From positions 1,920,001 through 1,984,000 of the forward strand of contig CAXXVL010000002.1 in NCBI GenBank assembly GCA_963667845.2: DNA of 64,000 nucleotides, given 5' to 3'. A program made the translations under genes and the position numbers. Origin of the DNA: Smithellaceae bacterium (GTDB lineage: Bacteria; Desulfobacterota; Syntrophia; Syntrophales; Smithellaceae). The notes below the pieces were generated by a model. It was not told the DNA's origin and ran no database searches. It worked only from the letters and a program-made list of their open reading frames with translations. Below, in pieces: positions 29,732 through 39,196 of this stretch; the stretch's first letter is position 1, and every line of letters begins with the position of its first letter.

Positions 29732-29840
29732 GAAGACCTTTAGTCGTCGTCGAAATATTTTCCGAACCGGAAATGGCACCCCAAAGGCAGCCGGTGAAAT
29801 CGTCTGAATCAAGGGACGTTTATAACATCAGGGAGAGCCC

Positions 29841-30122
29841 ATGAAAAAACGGATGATCATTCTGTTGACAATTGTCCTTCTCCTGGGGTGCGCCGCAGAA
29901 CGCACCGATGAGCCGAAAATCGTTCTCAGCCAATTGAAAGTCGGTGAATCGGTTTATGTCTGCGGATGCCCCATGATGTGCTGCAATTCGATCTCCCGGA
30001 ACCCCGGCCGATGTGTCTGCAATGTTCCGTTCAGGCTGGGCACCGTCACCACGATCAGGGACGGCAAAATCCATGTCACGGTTTCCGGTCGCGAAAAGGT
30101 GCTTTTCATTAAAAACAAGTAA
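29841..30122 (+). CDS. Small Cys-rich lipoprotein with a heavy-metal-binding-like domain
   Basis: Lipobox LLGC; YVCGCPMMCC..PGRCVC. Confidence 0.7.
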   Translation: MKKRMIILLTIVLLLGCAAERTDEPKIVLSQLKVGESVYVCGCPMMCCNSISRNPGRCVCNVPFRLGTVTTIRDGKIHVTVSGREKVLFIKNK

Positions 30123-30393
30123 TTGAGTCTGATGCTTCACTTTTTATGGCTGATTTGTATCGCGCCGCGGGTTTTCCAAGTGAAGCCGATTGAGGAAACG
30201 TAAAAAGGGATCTGTTAAGCAAAATGCCCTTTTTAATATAGAAAATTATTCTATCATCAATGCGATAAACAACCACCGCTCACGGGGTTGTGTAAGTCGT
30301 GTTGCGTCTTCCCATCAGCTTCTGCATCCAATCCGCTGCCGATCATCAGGCCAAACGTCCGGACAATTACTGCAAGAATGGAGGTTGGGTTTC

Positions 30394-32487
30394 ATGAAGC
30401 TGAGATTATACCCATTGATCGTTTTCCTGTTGGTCCTCGCGTGTTTCTTTGCCCACGCCGAAGAGCCTGCTCAAGAACAGAAAGCTAAAACAATGGATCT
30501 GGAGGACGTCGTGGTCACGGCAACGCGAACGGAGAGGACGACGGAAGACATTCCGGCCGCTGTGAGCGTCGTGACCAAAGAAAAAATAAAAGATACGAGA
30601 ATGTTCAACCTGAAGGATGCCCTGACCGGAATTCCCGGCGTGCAGGCCGAGTCGAAAAATGGGGGATACGATTCCCGGCTGATCATCCGGGGCGCCGGCC
30701 TGAAGGCAAGATACGGCGTTCGGGAAATCATGATCCTGCTCGACGGCGTGCCCATTACCGACCCGGACGGGATGTCCCGGCTGGATTTTGTTGATGCGGA
30801 GATGGTCGACCGGATCGATGTCGTCAAAGGGCCCAATTCAACGCTTTACGGCGCGAATGCCGCGGGCGGCGTGATCAACATTATCTCCAAGAGCCTTTTT
30901 GAAGAGATCAAGAGCGCCAAGGTCGGATACGGCAGCAACAACACGCAATTGTATAACGGGATTTTCGGGACCCATTTCGGGAATACCTATGTTTCCGTTT
31001 CCGGCAGCCGGCGCTCAACTGAGGGCTGGCGGGAGTGGAATGAATTCAGCACGAACCAGGGAAGCCTGAAAGTCGGACATCTTTTCAGCGAAAAGGCGTC
31101 CATGGAAGCGACGGTCTCGCTGACCAAGGCGGACCTGCAGCTGCCGGGGGCGCTTACCCTGGGACAATTCGAGAACGATATCAGCCAGCTCACCACCGAA
31201 CCCTGGCGGAATATGGGCCGTTACAGCAATATCTTTTATTCCAGTGTGAAGGGGGAAATTGAGCTGGGAAATTTCAAACTCAAGCCGCTGGCCTACTTCC
31301 AGTGGTGGCAGCACTATCATCCCGTCACAGGGTTGATTAACGACGGAGGAGCCCAGGTCTACGGAACGGATCTTCAGACCGATTTCAAACACGCCATAGG
31401 GCCGGTGAAGGCCATCGCCACTGCGGGGATTGCCGGTCAAATCGACAAAACCGACGGCGACAAATACACCTACCGTGATTTTGTGGCGAGCCCCGGCGGA
31501 CGGCTTTTGTACACCACCTCGGACGAAAAAGGCAGTTTCGCCGAGAATGAAAAAAATACGATCAGCAAGTGGGGGGTCTATCTGCAGGAGTCCCTGAGGC
31601 CTTCGGAAAAGTGGATCATTGATATCGGCGTAAGATATGACCAGGTTCTCTTCAACATCCACACGGAACAGTTTACGGAGTATAGCTATGCAATGGGGCG
31701 CTATATCCCGAATCGGCAAACGATTCTCAGGGATACAACCTTCGAGCGCTTGAGCCCCAGGATCGGCGTGGTCTATAAGGCGTTGCCGTTCCTGAACCTG
31801 TACAGCAATATATCGACCGGTTTCCAGACGCCCCAAACCTCGGAACTCGGCCTGAATCCGGATCTGGTGCCGTCCAAAACCTACAACTATGAAACCGGCT
31901 TCAAGGCAAGGTTTGCGGGCGGCCACGGGATCGACTTGTCCCTGTTCTACATCAATGTCGAGGACGATATTGTCCAGACGCAATTGCCGAACAATGAATC
32001 CTCTTACAGCAATGCGGGACAGACGCGCAAAAAAGGGATCGAGCTTGCGGCGCACGTTCAGCCGCTCAAGGGGCTCTTTTTCGGAGGCGCCTATACTTAC
32101 AGTGATTTCACCTTCGCGGAATTCAACGAGGTCATCAACGGTGTGAACTTCAGACGCGACGGCAACCGGCTTCCTTATATCCCCATGCACCAGTACTCAC
32201 TGTTTGCGGCCTACAAGCATTCGTCGGGGCTCCGGTTCCGGCTCGAGGCAAACACATGGGGCGAGTATGAAGTGGATAACGCCAACTCCGAAAAATACAA
32301 GGGGTACTCCTTCATCACCAACGCCGTGGTCGGCTATGAGTGGAAGGGGCTGGATCTCACCTTCGATGCCTACAATATCTTCAATACCAGGTATGCCATG
32401 GAAGTCACCAAGGAGTCGGGCGGAGATGCGAAGTACCGGCCCGGCGGCCCGCTGACTCTGATGGCGCGTCTGAGCTACAAATTTTAG
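30394..32487 (+). CDS. TonB-dependent receptor
   Basis: TonB box DVVVTATR, plug motif RIDVVKGPNSTLYG, C-terminal SYKF; start set at ATG 30394 after GGAGG. Confidence 0.95.
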   Translation: MKLRLYPLIVFLLVLACFFAHAEEPAQEQKAKTMDLEDVVVTATRTERTTEDIPAAVSVVTKEKIKDTRMFNLKDALTGIPGVQAESKNGGYDSRLIIRGAGLKARYGVREIMILLDGVPITDPDGMSRLDFVDAEMVDRIDVVKGPNSTLYGANAAGGVINIISKSLFEEIKSAKVGYGSNNTQLYNGIFGTHFGNTYVSVSGSRRSTEGWREWNEFSTNQGSLKVGHLFSEKASMEATVSLTKADLQLPGALTLGQFENDISQLTTEPWRNMGRYSNIFYSSVKGEIELGNFKLKPLAYFQWWQHYHPVTGLINDGGAQVYGTDLQTDFKHAIGPVKAIATAGIAGQIDKTDGDKYTYRDFVASPGGRLLYTTSDEKGSFAENEKNTISKWGVYLQESLRPSEKWIIDIGVRYDQVLFNIHTEQFTEYSYAMGRYIPNRQTILRDTTFERLSPRIGVVYKALPFLNLYSNISTGFQTPQTSELGLNPDLVPSKTYNYETGFKARFAGGHGIDLSLFYINVEDDIVQTQLPNNESSYSNAGQTRKKGIELAAHVQPLKGLFFGGAYTYSDFTFAEFNEVINGVNFRRDGNRLPYIPMHQYSLFAAYKHSSGLRFRLEANTWGEYEVDNANSEKYKGYSFITNAVVGYEWKGLDLTFDAYNIFNTRYAMEVTKESGGDAKYRPGGPLTLMARLSYKF

Positions 32488-32498
32488 GAGGAGTGATC

Positions 32499-33131
32499 GT
32501 GAAGACAAAAATCATCATTTTCTTTGTCCTGGCCCTCGCGGTTTCCTTTCTGGCAGCGAACTGGCGGTGGGGAGACTCAGCCCACTCTATCGGGCTGATC
32601 AAAGCCTCAGGTGGCGAGGCCAGGCATCCGGCTTTCCTGGAAAGTGGAAAAGACAGCTATATGCTGATCGCCACCGCTACCGTCATCCCGCCTTATCGCG
32701 GAAATGCGCGGGTCGTCCTGGAAGGCGAGCCCCGCCTGGAACATAAAATCTATTTTTCCGGACCCGCCATGGACCTGGGACTCAGACGAAATCCGGAATT
32801 CCGAGACAATATTCTCTATAACCTGCAACCGAGAGACAGCATCGCGCTGTGGGTGGAGATGAAGCCGCCCAGGATCGACCCGGTCTGCGGGATGGTCTAT
32901 GAAGAGGGGTTCAAAACGATTTCCTATCGGGGAAAGGAATACGTCTTTTGCGCGGAGGGCTGTGCAGATGCATTCCTGCGGAATCCTGAAAAATATATGA
33001 AGAAACAAGGCGTCCGGGGCAAGTATCATCTGGCCTTTTACGACACGAAAACCAGCCGGTCGGTGCTCGATGTGCCGATTGTTTTCCGGGGAAAGGGGGG
33101 AGTCGGAAATGCAGGACACCACGAGCACTAA
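32499..33131 (+). CDS. Membrane-anchored YHS-domain protein
   Basis: DPVCGM..YRGKEYVFCAEGC..F..NPEKY; His-rich tail; GTG start after AGGAGG. Confidence 0.8.
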   Translation: MKTKIIIFFVLALAVSFLAANWRWGDSAHSIGLIKASGGEARHPAFLESGKDSYMLIATATVIPPYRGNARVVLEGEPRLEHKIYFSGPAMDLGLRRNPEFRDNILYNLQPRDSIALWVEMKPPRIDPVCGMVYEEGFKTISYRGKEYVFCAEGCADAFLRNPEKYMKKQGVRGKYHLAFYDTKTSRSVLDVPIVFRGKGGVGNAGHHEH

Positions 33132-34017
33132 GAAGATTTTCTTTTTAAGCATGAGAACCTGGATCCTGATTGCCGGCATCCTTCTTTTCATGCCGCCGCT
33201 GTCGTTTTTGTTCCAGCTCACCCAGGACAGCAGCTTTTGCGGGTCCTGGTGCCCGCGCATGTTTTTCACCTGGCGCAGCGGGACAAGCGGCGGAATGTTT
33301 CTGCTGGGGATGCTGAGAAGCTTCATGGGCGTCGCGCTGGTTCTGGGAATCCTGGCGAGCACCTTTTTTCTGGGGCGTCTCTGGTGCAGTCACCTCTGCC
33401 CCGTGGGCGGCGCGACGGAACTCGGCAGCCGCCTGGTCCCGAAGAAGTTCAAGATTCCCCTGGACGCTGTTCCCGCGCCTGCCGTGCGCTATGGCTATCT
33501 TTCCGCTTATCTGCTGCTGCCGGCGCTGGGCCTGGGAAGCCTCTGTTGTTCCTACTGCAATTTTGCCACGGTTCCAAGGCTTTTCGGCGCGGCCTTTTCC
33601 CAGGCGGATATGGCGTTCTTCTTTCGGTCCGCGGGCCTCGTCAACCTGGGGCTCCTCGTAGGTCTGGGTTTTTTGACCCGCGGCGGCCGGGGCTATTGCA
33701 ATCTCCTTTGTCCCATCGGGGCGCTCGATTCTCTGGCCAACCGTTTGGGCGATAAGTTCGGCCGGAGGATGCGGGTTGACGCCAGCCGCTGCAACGGCTG
33801 CGGCCAGTGCCGGGAGGTCTGCCCGGTCTGGGCCGTCGAGGTCGGCGAGCAGGCGCGGATCAACCAGTTTTCGTGCGTGCCCTGCGGGATGTGCAGGACG
33901 GCGTGCCCGCAGCATGCCGTGCATTATGGATTGCAGAAGGAAGCCGGGGCGGAAGTAATCCGGGAAGTTCCCTCGTATGGCCTGACCCGGCATAACGGAA
34001 AGGATCTTGCCTTATGA
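33109..34017 (+). CDS. NapH/MauN-like 4Fe-4S membrane protein
   Basis: Three CxxxCP motifs, several TMs, two C-terminal CxxCxxCxxxCP clusters. Confidence 0.88.
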   Translation: MQDTTSTKKIFFLSMRTWILIAGILLFMPPLSFLFQLTQDSSFCGSWCPRMFFTWRSGTSGGMFLLGMLRSFMGVALVLGILASTFFLGRLWCSHLCPVGGATELGSRLVPKKFKIPLDAVPAPAVRYGYLSAYLLLPALGLGSLCCSYCNFATVPRLFGAAFSQADMAFFFRSAGLVNLGLLVGLGFLTRGGRGYCNLLCPIGALDSLANRLGDKFGRRMRVDASRCNGCGQCREVCPVWAVEVGEQARINQFSCVPCGMCRTACPQHAVHYGLQKEAGAEVIREVPSYGLTRHNGKDLAL

Positions 34018-34226
34018 AAACCTGGGGGCGAAAAATATTTATTTTTCTCGCGGCGCTGGGCACGACCTTGGCGGGTCTCTATCCCTCTCGCGGATGCACC
34101 GGCGGATGTGCCGGCTGTTTTCATTGCGCGGGACTGGGTGGAGCCGCGGCTCTCCTGGTAACGATCAGCGTCGTGAGGAAAAGGAAGCAGGGCGAAAATG
34201 CAGGAAATGGCGTGGGGGAGCCGTAA
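34014..34226 (+). CDS. Small Cys-cluster membrane protein
   Basis: CTGGCAGCFHC between two hydrophobic segments; ATGA overlap with the upstream gene. Confidence 0.55.
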   Translation: MKTWGRKIFIFLAALGTTLAGLYPSRGCTGGCAGCFHCAGLGGAAALLVTISVVRKRKQGENAGNGVGEP

Positions 34227-34414
34227 TGGACTCCGCGGTGAGGCAGGCGGAAGGAATCCAGGGCTTTTGAGAAAAGGAATATAAAACAAAGGGAAACATA
34301 GGTCGGCGAGCCGAGGGAAATGCAGGAAAACAGGCATGGTCCCGGAGGCTGCGTCCTGCATGCTGTAGGCCTCCAAAGCCGATTTACGGACATCATAAGG
34401 GATGGGGTGTAAAT

Positions 34415-34849
34415 ATGGAATGGCTGAAACTGGTTGTTGATTATGGCGTCATCGGCCTCTTGCTGGCGATGAGCGTCATCGCCGTGGCCGTGGCTATCGA
34501 GCGGCGTCTCTATTACGGCAGGGTCTCCCCGGACGCCTTTGCGGACAAAAAATCGTTGGAGCTTGCCCTGACGCGGAAGCTGCACATTCTGGCGACGATC
34601 GCCAGCAATGCCCCGTACATCGGCCTTCTGGGGACGGTGCTGGGAATCATGCTGACGTTTTACACGATGGGCCGCGACGGGTTTATGGACACGGGCAAGA
34701 TCATGGTAGGGCTTGCCCTGGCGATGAAGGCGACCGCCGTGGGGCTGTTGGTGGCCATCCCGATTCTGACCTTTTACAATTTTCTGGTGAGGCGGGCCAA
34801 GGAACTCATTTTTAAATGGGAGATAAAAAATGGACGAGAAGGAATTTGA
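34415..34849 (+). CDS. exbB: ExbB (MotA/TolQ family)
   Basis: [17 protein letters not shown] and [11 protein letters not shown]. Confidence 0.93.
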   Translation: MEWLKLVVDYGVIGLLLAMSVIAVAVAIERRLYYGRVSPDAFADKKSLELALTRKLHILATIASNAPYIGLLGTVLGIMLTFYTMGRDGFMDTGKIMVGLALAMKATAVGLLVAIPILTFYNFLVRRAKELIFKWEIKNGREGI

Positions 34850-35210
34850 TTACATCAACGTCATCCCCTTTATCGACATCATGCTGGTGCTTTTGACGAT
34901 TGTCCTCACAACGTCAACCTTCATTGCGCGGGGCGCGATTCCGCTGGAGCTCCCTAAGGCGACAAGCCAGAAGGCCGGCGCGCTCAAAACCGTCTCGATC
35001 GAAATCGACCGCGGGGGCGCCATCTACCTGAACTCCCGGCCCGTGGCGCTGACGATGCTCCAAGACGAGATCCGTTCGTTTGGTCCGGAAATGCCCATCC
35101 TGATCCACGCCGACCGGGGGCTTGCCCTGCAAGTCTTTGTCGACGTCATGGATGTGATCCGGAACGGGGGATTCAAAAGAATAAGCCTGCAAACGGAAGT
35201 GAAACAATGA
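34830..35210 (+). CDS. exbD: ExbD (TolR family)
   Basis: [14 protein letters not shown] motif. Confidence 0.93.
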   Translation: MDEKEFDYINVIPFIDIMLVLLTIVLTTSTFIARGAIPLELPKATSQKAGALKTVSIEIDRGGAIYLNSRPVALTMLQDEIRSFGPEMPILIHADRGLALQVFVDVMDVIRNGGFKRISLQTEVKQ

Positions 35211-35944
35211 ACCTTCAGCTAAAAGGATTCTGCTTCTCGGCGGGTATCCATGGGGGATGCCTCCTGCTTTTTGTCCTGCTGCAATTGCTGGTTGCGGCGC
35301 CGAACAGGATGGCCGTCATTGACTTCACCTTTGCCGGGGATGCCTCCGGGGCCAGGCAGGTGCAGGCGCCGGCGCCCGCGGCGGCTGAGCCCCGGCGTGT
35401 TGCAGCTGTGCGGCAAAAAAGGATTTTGGCCGATCAGAAGCCCCGGGAAGCGCCCCCACGCGATCACACGCAAAGCGACAAGATCGAGCCGGGCCCGGCC
35501 GAGGCCGCAACAGAGACGATCTCGCCCAATGGCGAAGAATTGGCCCGACCGCGGGCGGCAGCGGGAGAAGCGACCGGGGATGGCGCCGTTCATGCGGATG
35601 CGGCTCCGTCGCCGGCGGGGCGGACGGCGGGTCCCGGAAGCGGCGTCACGCCGGACCAGTCCCGGGCGGTTTATCTTAAAGAGCATTTTGTCTATATCCG
35701 TGACCGGATCACCCGCAACATCCTGTATCCGGAGATGGCCAGAAGAATGGGCTGGTGCGGGCAGGTCAAGATCGCCTTTATTGTCTGCGAAGATGGGGGC
35801 GTGAATGAGATCAGAGTGGTCGACAGTTCCGGTTTCGGGGTGCTGGACCGGAATGCCGTGGAAACGGTGAAAAAAACGGCGCCTTTTCCCCGGCCGCCGG
35901 TCCGTGCGGAAATCAGAATGGCGGTGACCTATCGGTTGAACTGA
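35207..35944 (+). CDS. tonB: TonB energy transducer
   Basis: N-terminal TM with S..H, Pro/Ala-rich linker, YPEMARR.GW.G and SSG..LD..A. Confidence 0.9.
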   Translation: MNLQLKGFCFSAGIHGGCLLLFVLLQLLVAAPNRMAVIDFTFAGDASGARQVQAPAPAAAEPRRVAAVRQKRILADQKPREAPPRDHTQSDKIEPGPAEAATETISPNGEELARPRAAAGEATGDGAVHADAAPSPAGRTAGPGSGVTPDQSRAVYLKEHFVYIRDRITRNILYPEMARRMGWCGQVKIAFIVCEDGGVNEIRVVDSSGFGVLDRNAVETVKKTAPFPRPPVRAEIRMAVTYRLN

Positions 35945-35966
35945 ACGCGAAAGTCTCGTCCGCTTG

Positions 35967-36022
35967 GGTAGGATTTAGCTATGAATACCCTCCCAGTTTA
36001 TCGTGATTGCCTACTGACCTTT
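35967..36022 (+). promoter_or_regulatory. Recurring ~56-bp promoter element upstream of pntAB
   Basis: GGTAGGATTTAGCTA identical to 29342-29356, then CAGTTTAT and TGATTGCCTA at the same spacing. Confidence 0.6.
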
Positions 36023-36146
36023 GCCGCCTTATTTTGAAAGTAAGGTCCGTTGTTTTACCGGCGGCAAAGCATGCAGGGCGCGGCCTTTGATTCGAGAGAT
36101 ATGATTGCGTCATGGCGCAGAATTCAATAAAGCGGGGTAAACATTT

Positions 36147-37340
36147 TTGAACATCGGTATCCCCAAAGAAACATATCCTGATGAACAGCGTGTCGCGCTG
36201 ATACCACCGGTTATTTCCAGACTCGCGGCGGCCGGTTTTACAATTCTGATACAAAAGGGTGCGGGAAGGCTTGCCGGTTTTCCAGACGAGGACTATCAGG
36301 CAAAAGGGGCGATCATTGTTCCGGAGCGCCAATCCCTGTTTAGCCAGAGTGACTTTATTTTTTTTGTGCACGCCCTCGACGAGGAGGGAAAAATCAGTCA
36401 AGCCGATCTGGACCTGATGCATCCGGGACAGATCCTGATCAGTTTATTGAATCCGCTTGCCTTCCCGGACGTGGCCAGGACTCTCGCCGAAAAAGGCATT
36501 GACGCCTTTGCCCTGGAACTCATCCCCCGCATCGCACGGGCGCAAAGCATGGACGTGCTCTCGTCCATGGCGACGATTGCCGGCTATAAAGCCATCCTGC
36601 TTGCCGCGGATCATCTTCCCCGCCTTTTCCCGCTCATGATGACGGCGGCGGGCACGATTCTGCCCGCAAAGGTTTTCGTCATCGGAGCGGGCGTTGCGGG
36701 ACTGCAGGCGATTGCCACTGCGCGCAGGCTGGGAGCAGTCGTTCAGGCCTGGGATGTCCGTCCGGCAGCCAAAGAGCAGGTGGAAAGCCTCGGGGCCAAG
36801 TTTGTTGAATTTCCAGTGGAGAACGCAGATTCCGAAACCGCAGGCGGTTATGCCCGGACGATGGATGACCTCTTCTATTTAAGGCAGCGTGAACTGATGA
36901 CCCCGGTCATTGTGGAGAGCCACGTCATTGTGACCAGCGCCGCCGTTTTCGGAAGCCGGGCGCCGATTCTTATCACCGAAGATATGGTGCGAGGGATGCA
37001 GCCGGGCGCCGTGATCGTTGATCTGGTGGGAGAGCAGGGGGGGAACTGCGAACTGACCGAGGCCTGTAAAATAATTGTTCGGCACGATGTGACGATCATC
37101 TCACCCGCCAATCTGGCCTCGACGGTTCCCTATCACGCGAGCCAGATGTTTGCCAGCAACCTCGCCAATTTTGTCCTGCATTTAACCGGCCAGGGCAAGA
37201 CGCCGCCCGCCGATTTTGACCGGGAGGATCAGATCGTCCGTGAAAGCATGATTACAAGAGGGGGCGAAGTCGTTCACCCCGCGGTGAATAAACTGCTCGA
37301 CGCGCGGGCGTCGGTTTCGACCCGGGGAGGAAGAACATGA
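36147..37340 (+). CDS. pntA: NAD(P) transhydrogenase alpha subunit, part 1 (dI)
   Basis: PRIARAQSMDVLSSM, GAGVAGLQAIATARRLGA, EQVESLGA, GGNCE. Confidence 0.95.
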   Translation: MNIGIPKETYPDEQRVALIPPVISRLAAAGFTILIQKGAGRLAGFPDEDYQAKGAIIVPERQSLFSQSDFIFFVHALDEEGKISQADLDLMHPGQILISLLNPLAFPDVARTLAEKGIDAFALELIPRIARAQSMDVLSSMATIAGYKAILLAADHLPRLFPLMMTAAGTILPAKVFVIGAGVAGLQAIATARRLGAVVQAWDVRPAAKEQVESLGAKFVEFPVENADSETAGGYARTMDDLFYLRQRELMTPVIVESHVIVTSAAVFGSRAPILITEDMVRGMQPGAVIVDLVGEQGGNCELTEACKIIVRHDVTIISPANLASTVPYHASQMFASNLANFVLHLTGQGKTPPADFDREDQIVRESMITRGGEVVHPAVNKLLDARASVSTRGGRT

Positions 37341-37621
37341 TGGATGCCTTTATCATTGCCCTCACCATTTTTGTTCTGGCGACCTTTGTCGGATTTGAAG
37401 TCATTACCAAGGTGCCGCCTATCCTGCATACGCCGCTTATGTCCGGAGCCAACGCCATTTCCGGCATTACGATCATCGGCGCGCTCATTGCTTCCGGAAC
37501 GGGAGAATCCCTTCTCATTTCGATTTTGGGATTTGTTGCGCTCGTCTTTGCGACGATCAATGTGGTCGGCGGATTCTTCATCACCCACCGGATGCTGAAT
37601 ATGTTCAAACGAAAGGAATAA
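37337..37621 (+). CDS. pntA: NAD(P) transhydrogenase alpha subunit, part 2
   Basis: LHTPLMSGANAISG and NVVGGF..T.RML.MF. Confidence 0.95.
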   Translation: MMDAFIIALTIFVLATFVGFEVITKVPPILHTPLMSGANAISGITIIGALIASGTGESLLISILGFVALVFATINVVGGFFITHRMLNMFKRKE

Positions 37622-37623
37622 AG

Positions 37624-39015
37624 GTGGAAAACGTTTACGAAAATATAGCCTATCTGGTCGCCTCATCCCTTTTCGTCTTCGGGCTGAAAGACCTGGCGCA
37701 TCCGCGGACTGCGCGCCGGGGCAACCTGCTTGGTGCGCTCGGCATGCTGATTGCCGTGGTCGTGACCCTTTTCGACCGGCAGATCCTCAGCTATGAAGTG
37801 ATTATCGCCGGACTCGTCATCGGTTCTGCGGCAGGCTTGATCATGGCTCAAAAAATTCAAATGACCGCCGTGCCGCAGATCGTCGCCCTGTTCAACGGTT
37901 TGGGCGGCGGGGCGTCCGTTCTTGTGGCCGCCGCGGCATTTGCCGAAGCGATAACGCTCAAGCAGGTTCCCACGGTTCAATTTACCATTGCATCGGCGGC
38001 GGCCGGGTTCATCGGCGCCGTAACGTTCTGGGGCAGTTTGCTGGCCTTCGGCAAACTTCAGGGCGTCATAACCGAAAAAGCCGTGCGTTTCCCGGGACAG
38101 GACGCCCTCAATATCGCTCTGCTCATGATCATCGTCCTGTTCGGCACCGTATTGACCATCGATCCTTCGGCCCTCTGGGCCTACTGGGTACTGGCGGCAG
38201 TTTCGTCGGTGCTCGGAATTACGTTGATTCTACCCATCGGCGGTGCCGATATGCCGGTGATTATTGCGCTGCTCAACTCCTACTCGGGCCTTGCCGCGGC
38301 GGCGACCGGGTTTGTTCTGTCCAACAATATCCTGATCATTTCCGGTGCGCTCGTGGGCTCATCAGGGGTGATCCTGACTAAAATCATGTGCAAGGCCATG
38401 AACCGGCCTTTCGGGAAGTGTGTTTTCGGAAGGACGGGAGGGGCGTCTCCGGCCGGAAAAAAAGAAGCGGATATTTATGCCGGGCAGGTCAAATCAGCAA
38501 GCCCTGAAGAAGTGGCGATGATCATCGACGCCGCTCACCGCATCGTCATCGTGCCCGGGTACGGGATGGCCGTTTCGCAGGCCCAGCACGCCGTCAGTTC
38601 ACTGGCCGTGCTTCTGGAGTCGCGCGGGAAGGATGTTGAATTCGGTATTCATCCGGTTGCCGGACGCATGCCGGGTCATATGAACGTGCTGCTTGCGGAG
38701 GCGAACATTCCGTATGACAAATTAAAAACGATGGACGAAATCAATCCGACTTTCGACCAGACCGACGTTGTTCTGGTGATCGGCGCCAATGACGTTGTGA
38801 ATCCCCTGGCCCGAACCGATCCTCAAAGCCCGATTGCCGGAATGCCGATTCTCAACGTGGATCACGCCCGTACGGTGATCGTGATCAAACGCTCTTTGAG
38901 CCCCGGATTTGCCGGAATTCCCAATCCCCTGTTTGCGGCAGACAACTGCATGATGCTGTTCGGCGACGGGAAGGGTGTTATCCTCGAGCTGATCACGGCG
39001 ATCGAAGCGTCGTAG
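37624..39015 (+). CDS. pntB: NAD(P) transhydrogenase beta subunit
   Basis: IGGADMPV..LLNSYSG, VPGYGMAV, HPVAGRMPGHMNVLLAEA. Confidence 0.97.
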   Translation: MENVYENIAYLVASSLFVFGLKDLAHPRTARRGNLLGALGMLIAVVVTLFDRQILSYEVIIAGLVIGSAAGLIMAQKIQMTAVPQIVALFNGLGGGASVLVAAAAFAEAITLKQVPTVQFTIASAAAGFIGAVTFWGSLLAFGKLQGVITEKAVRFPGQDALNIALLMIIVLFGTVLTIDPSALWAYWVLAAVSSVLGITLILPIGGADMPVIIALLNSYSGLAAAATGFVLSNNILIISGALVGSSGVILTKIMCKAMNRPFGKCVFGRTGGASPAGKKEADIYAGQVKSASPEEVAMIIDAAHRIVIVPGYGMAVSQAQHAVSSLAVLLESRGKDVEFGIHPVAGRMPGHMNVLLAEANIPYDKLKTMDEINPTFDQTDVVLVIGANDVVNPLARTDPQSPIAGMPILNVDHARTVIVIKRSLSPGFAGIPNPLFAADNCMMLFGDGKGVILELITAIEAS

Positions 39016-39196
39016 GGACGAATAATTCCTTCCTTTTATTCGCAAAGTCTTCCAAATCACGTTGAGAAAAACAGGTTGGCCGTTGACACAAGACATTGCT
39101 TGACCTATACTCGGTATCAGCAAAAAGGATGCACTATTCAGCCTTTCATCCGCGGCATCTGTAATCCGACTTTACCGTATGCATAAGGAGGGAAGC

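Noticed and set aside
31015..32190. 391-aa - strand ORF
   Set aside because: Antisense shadow of the TonB receptor
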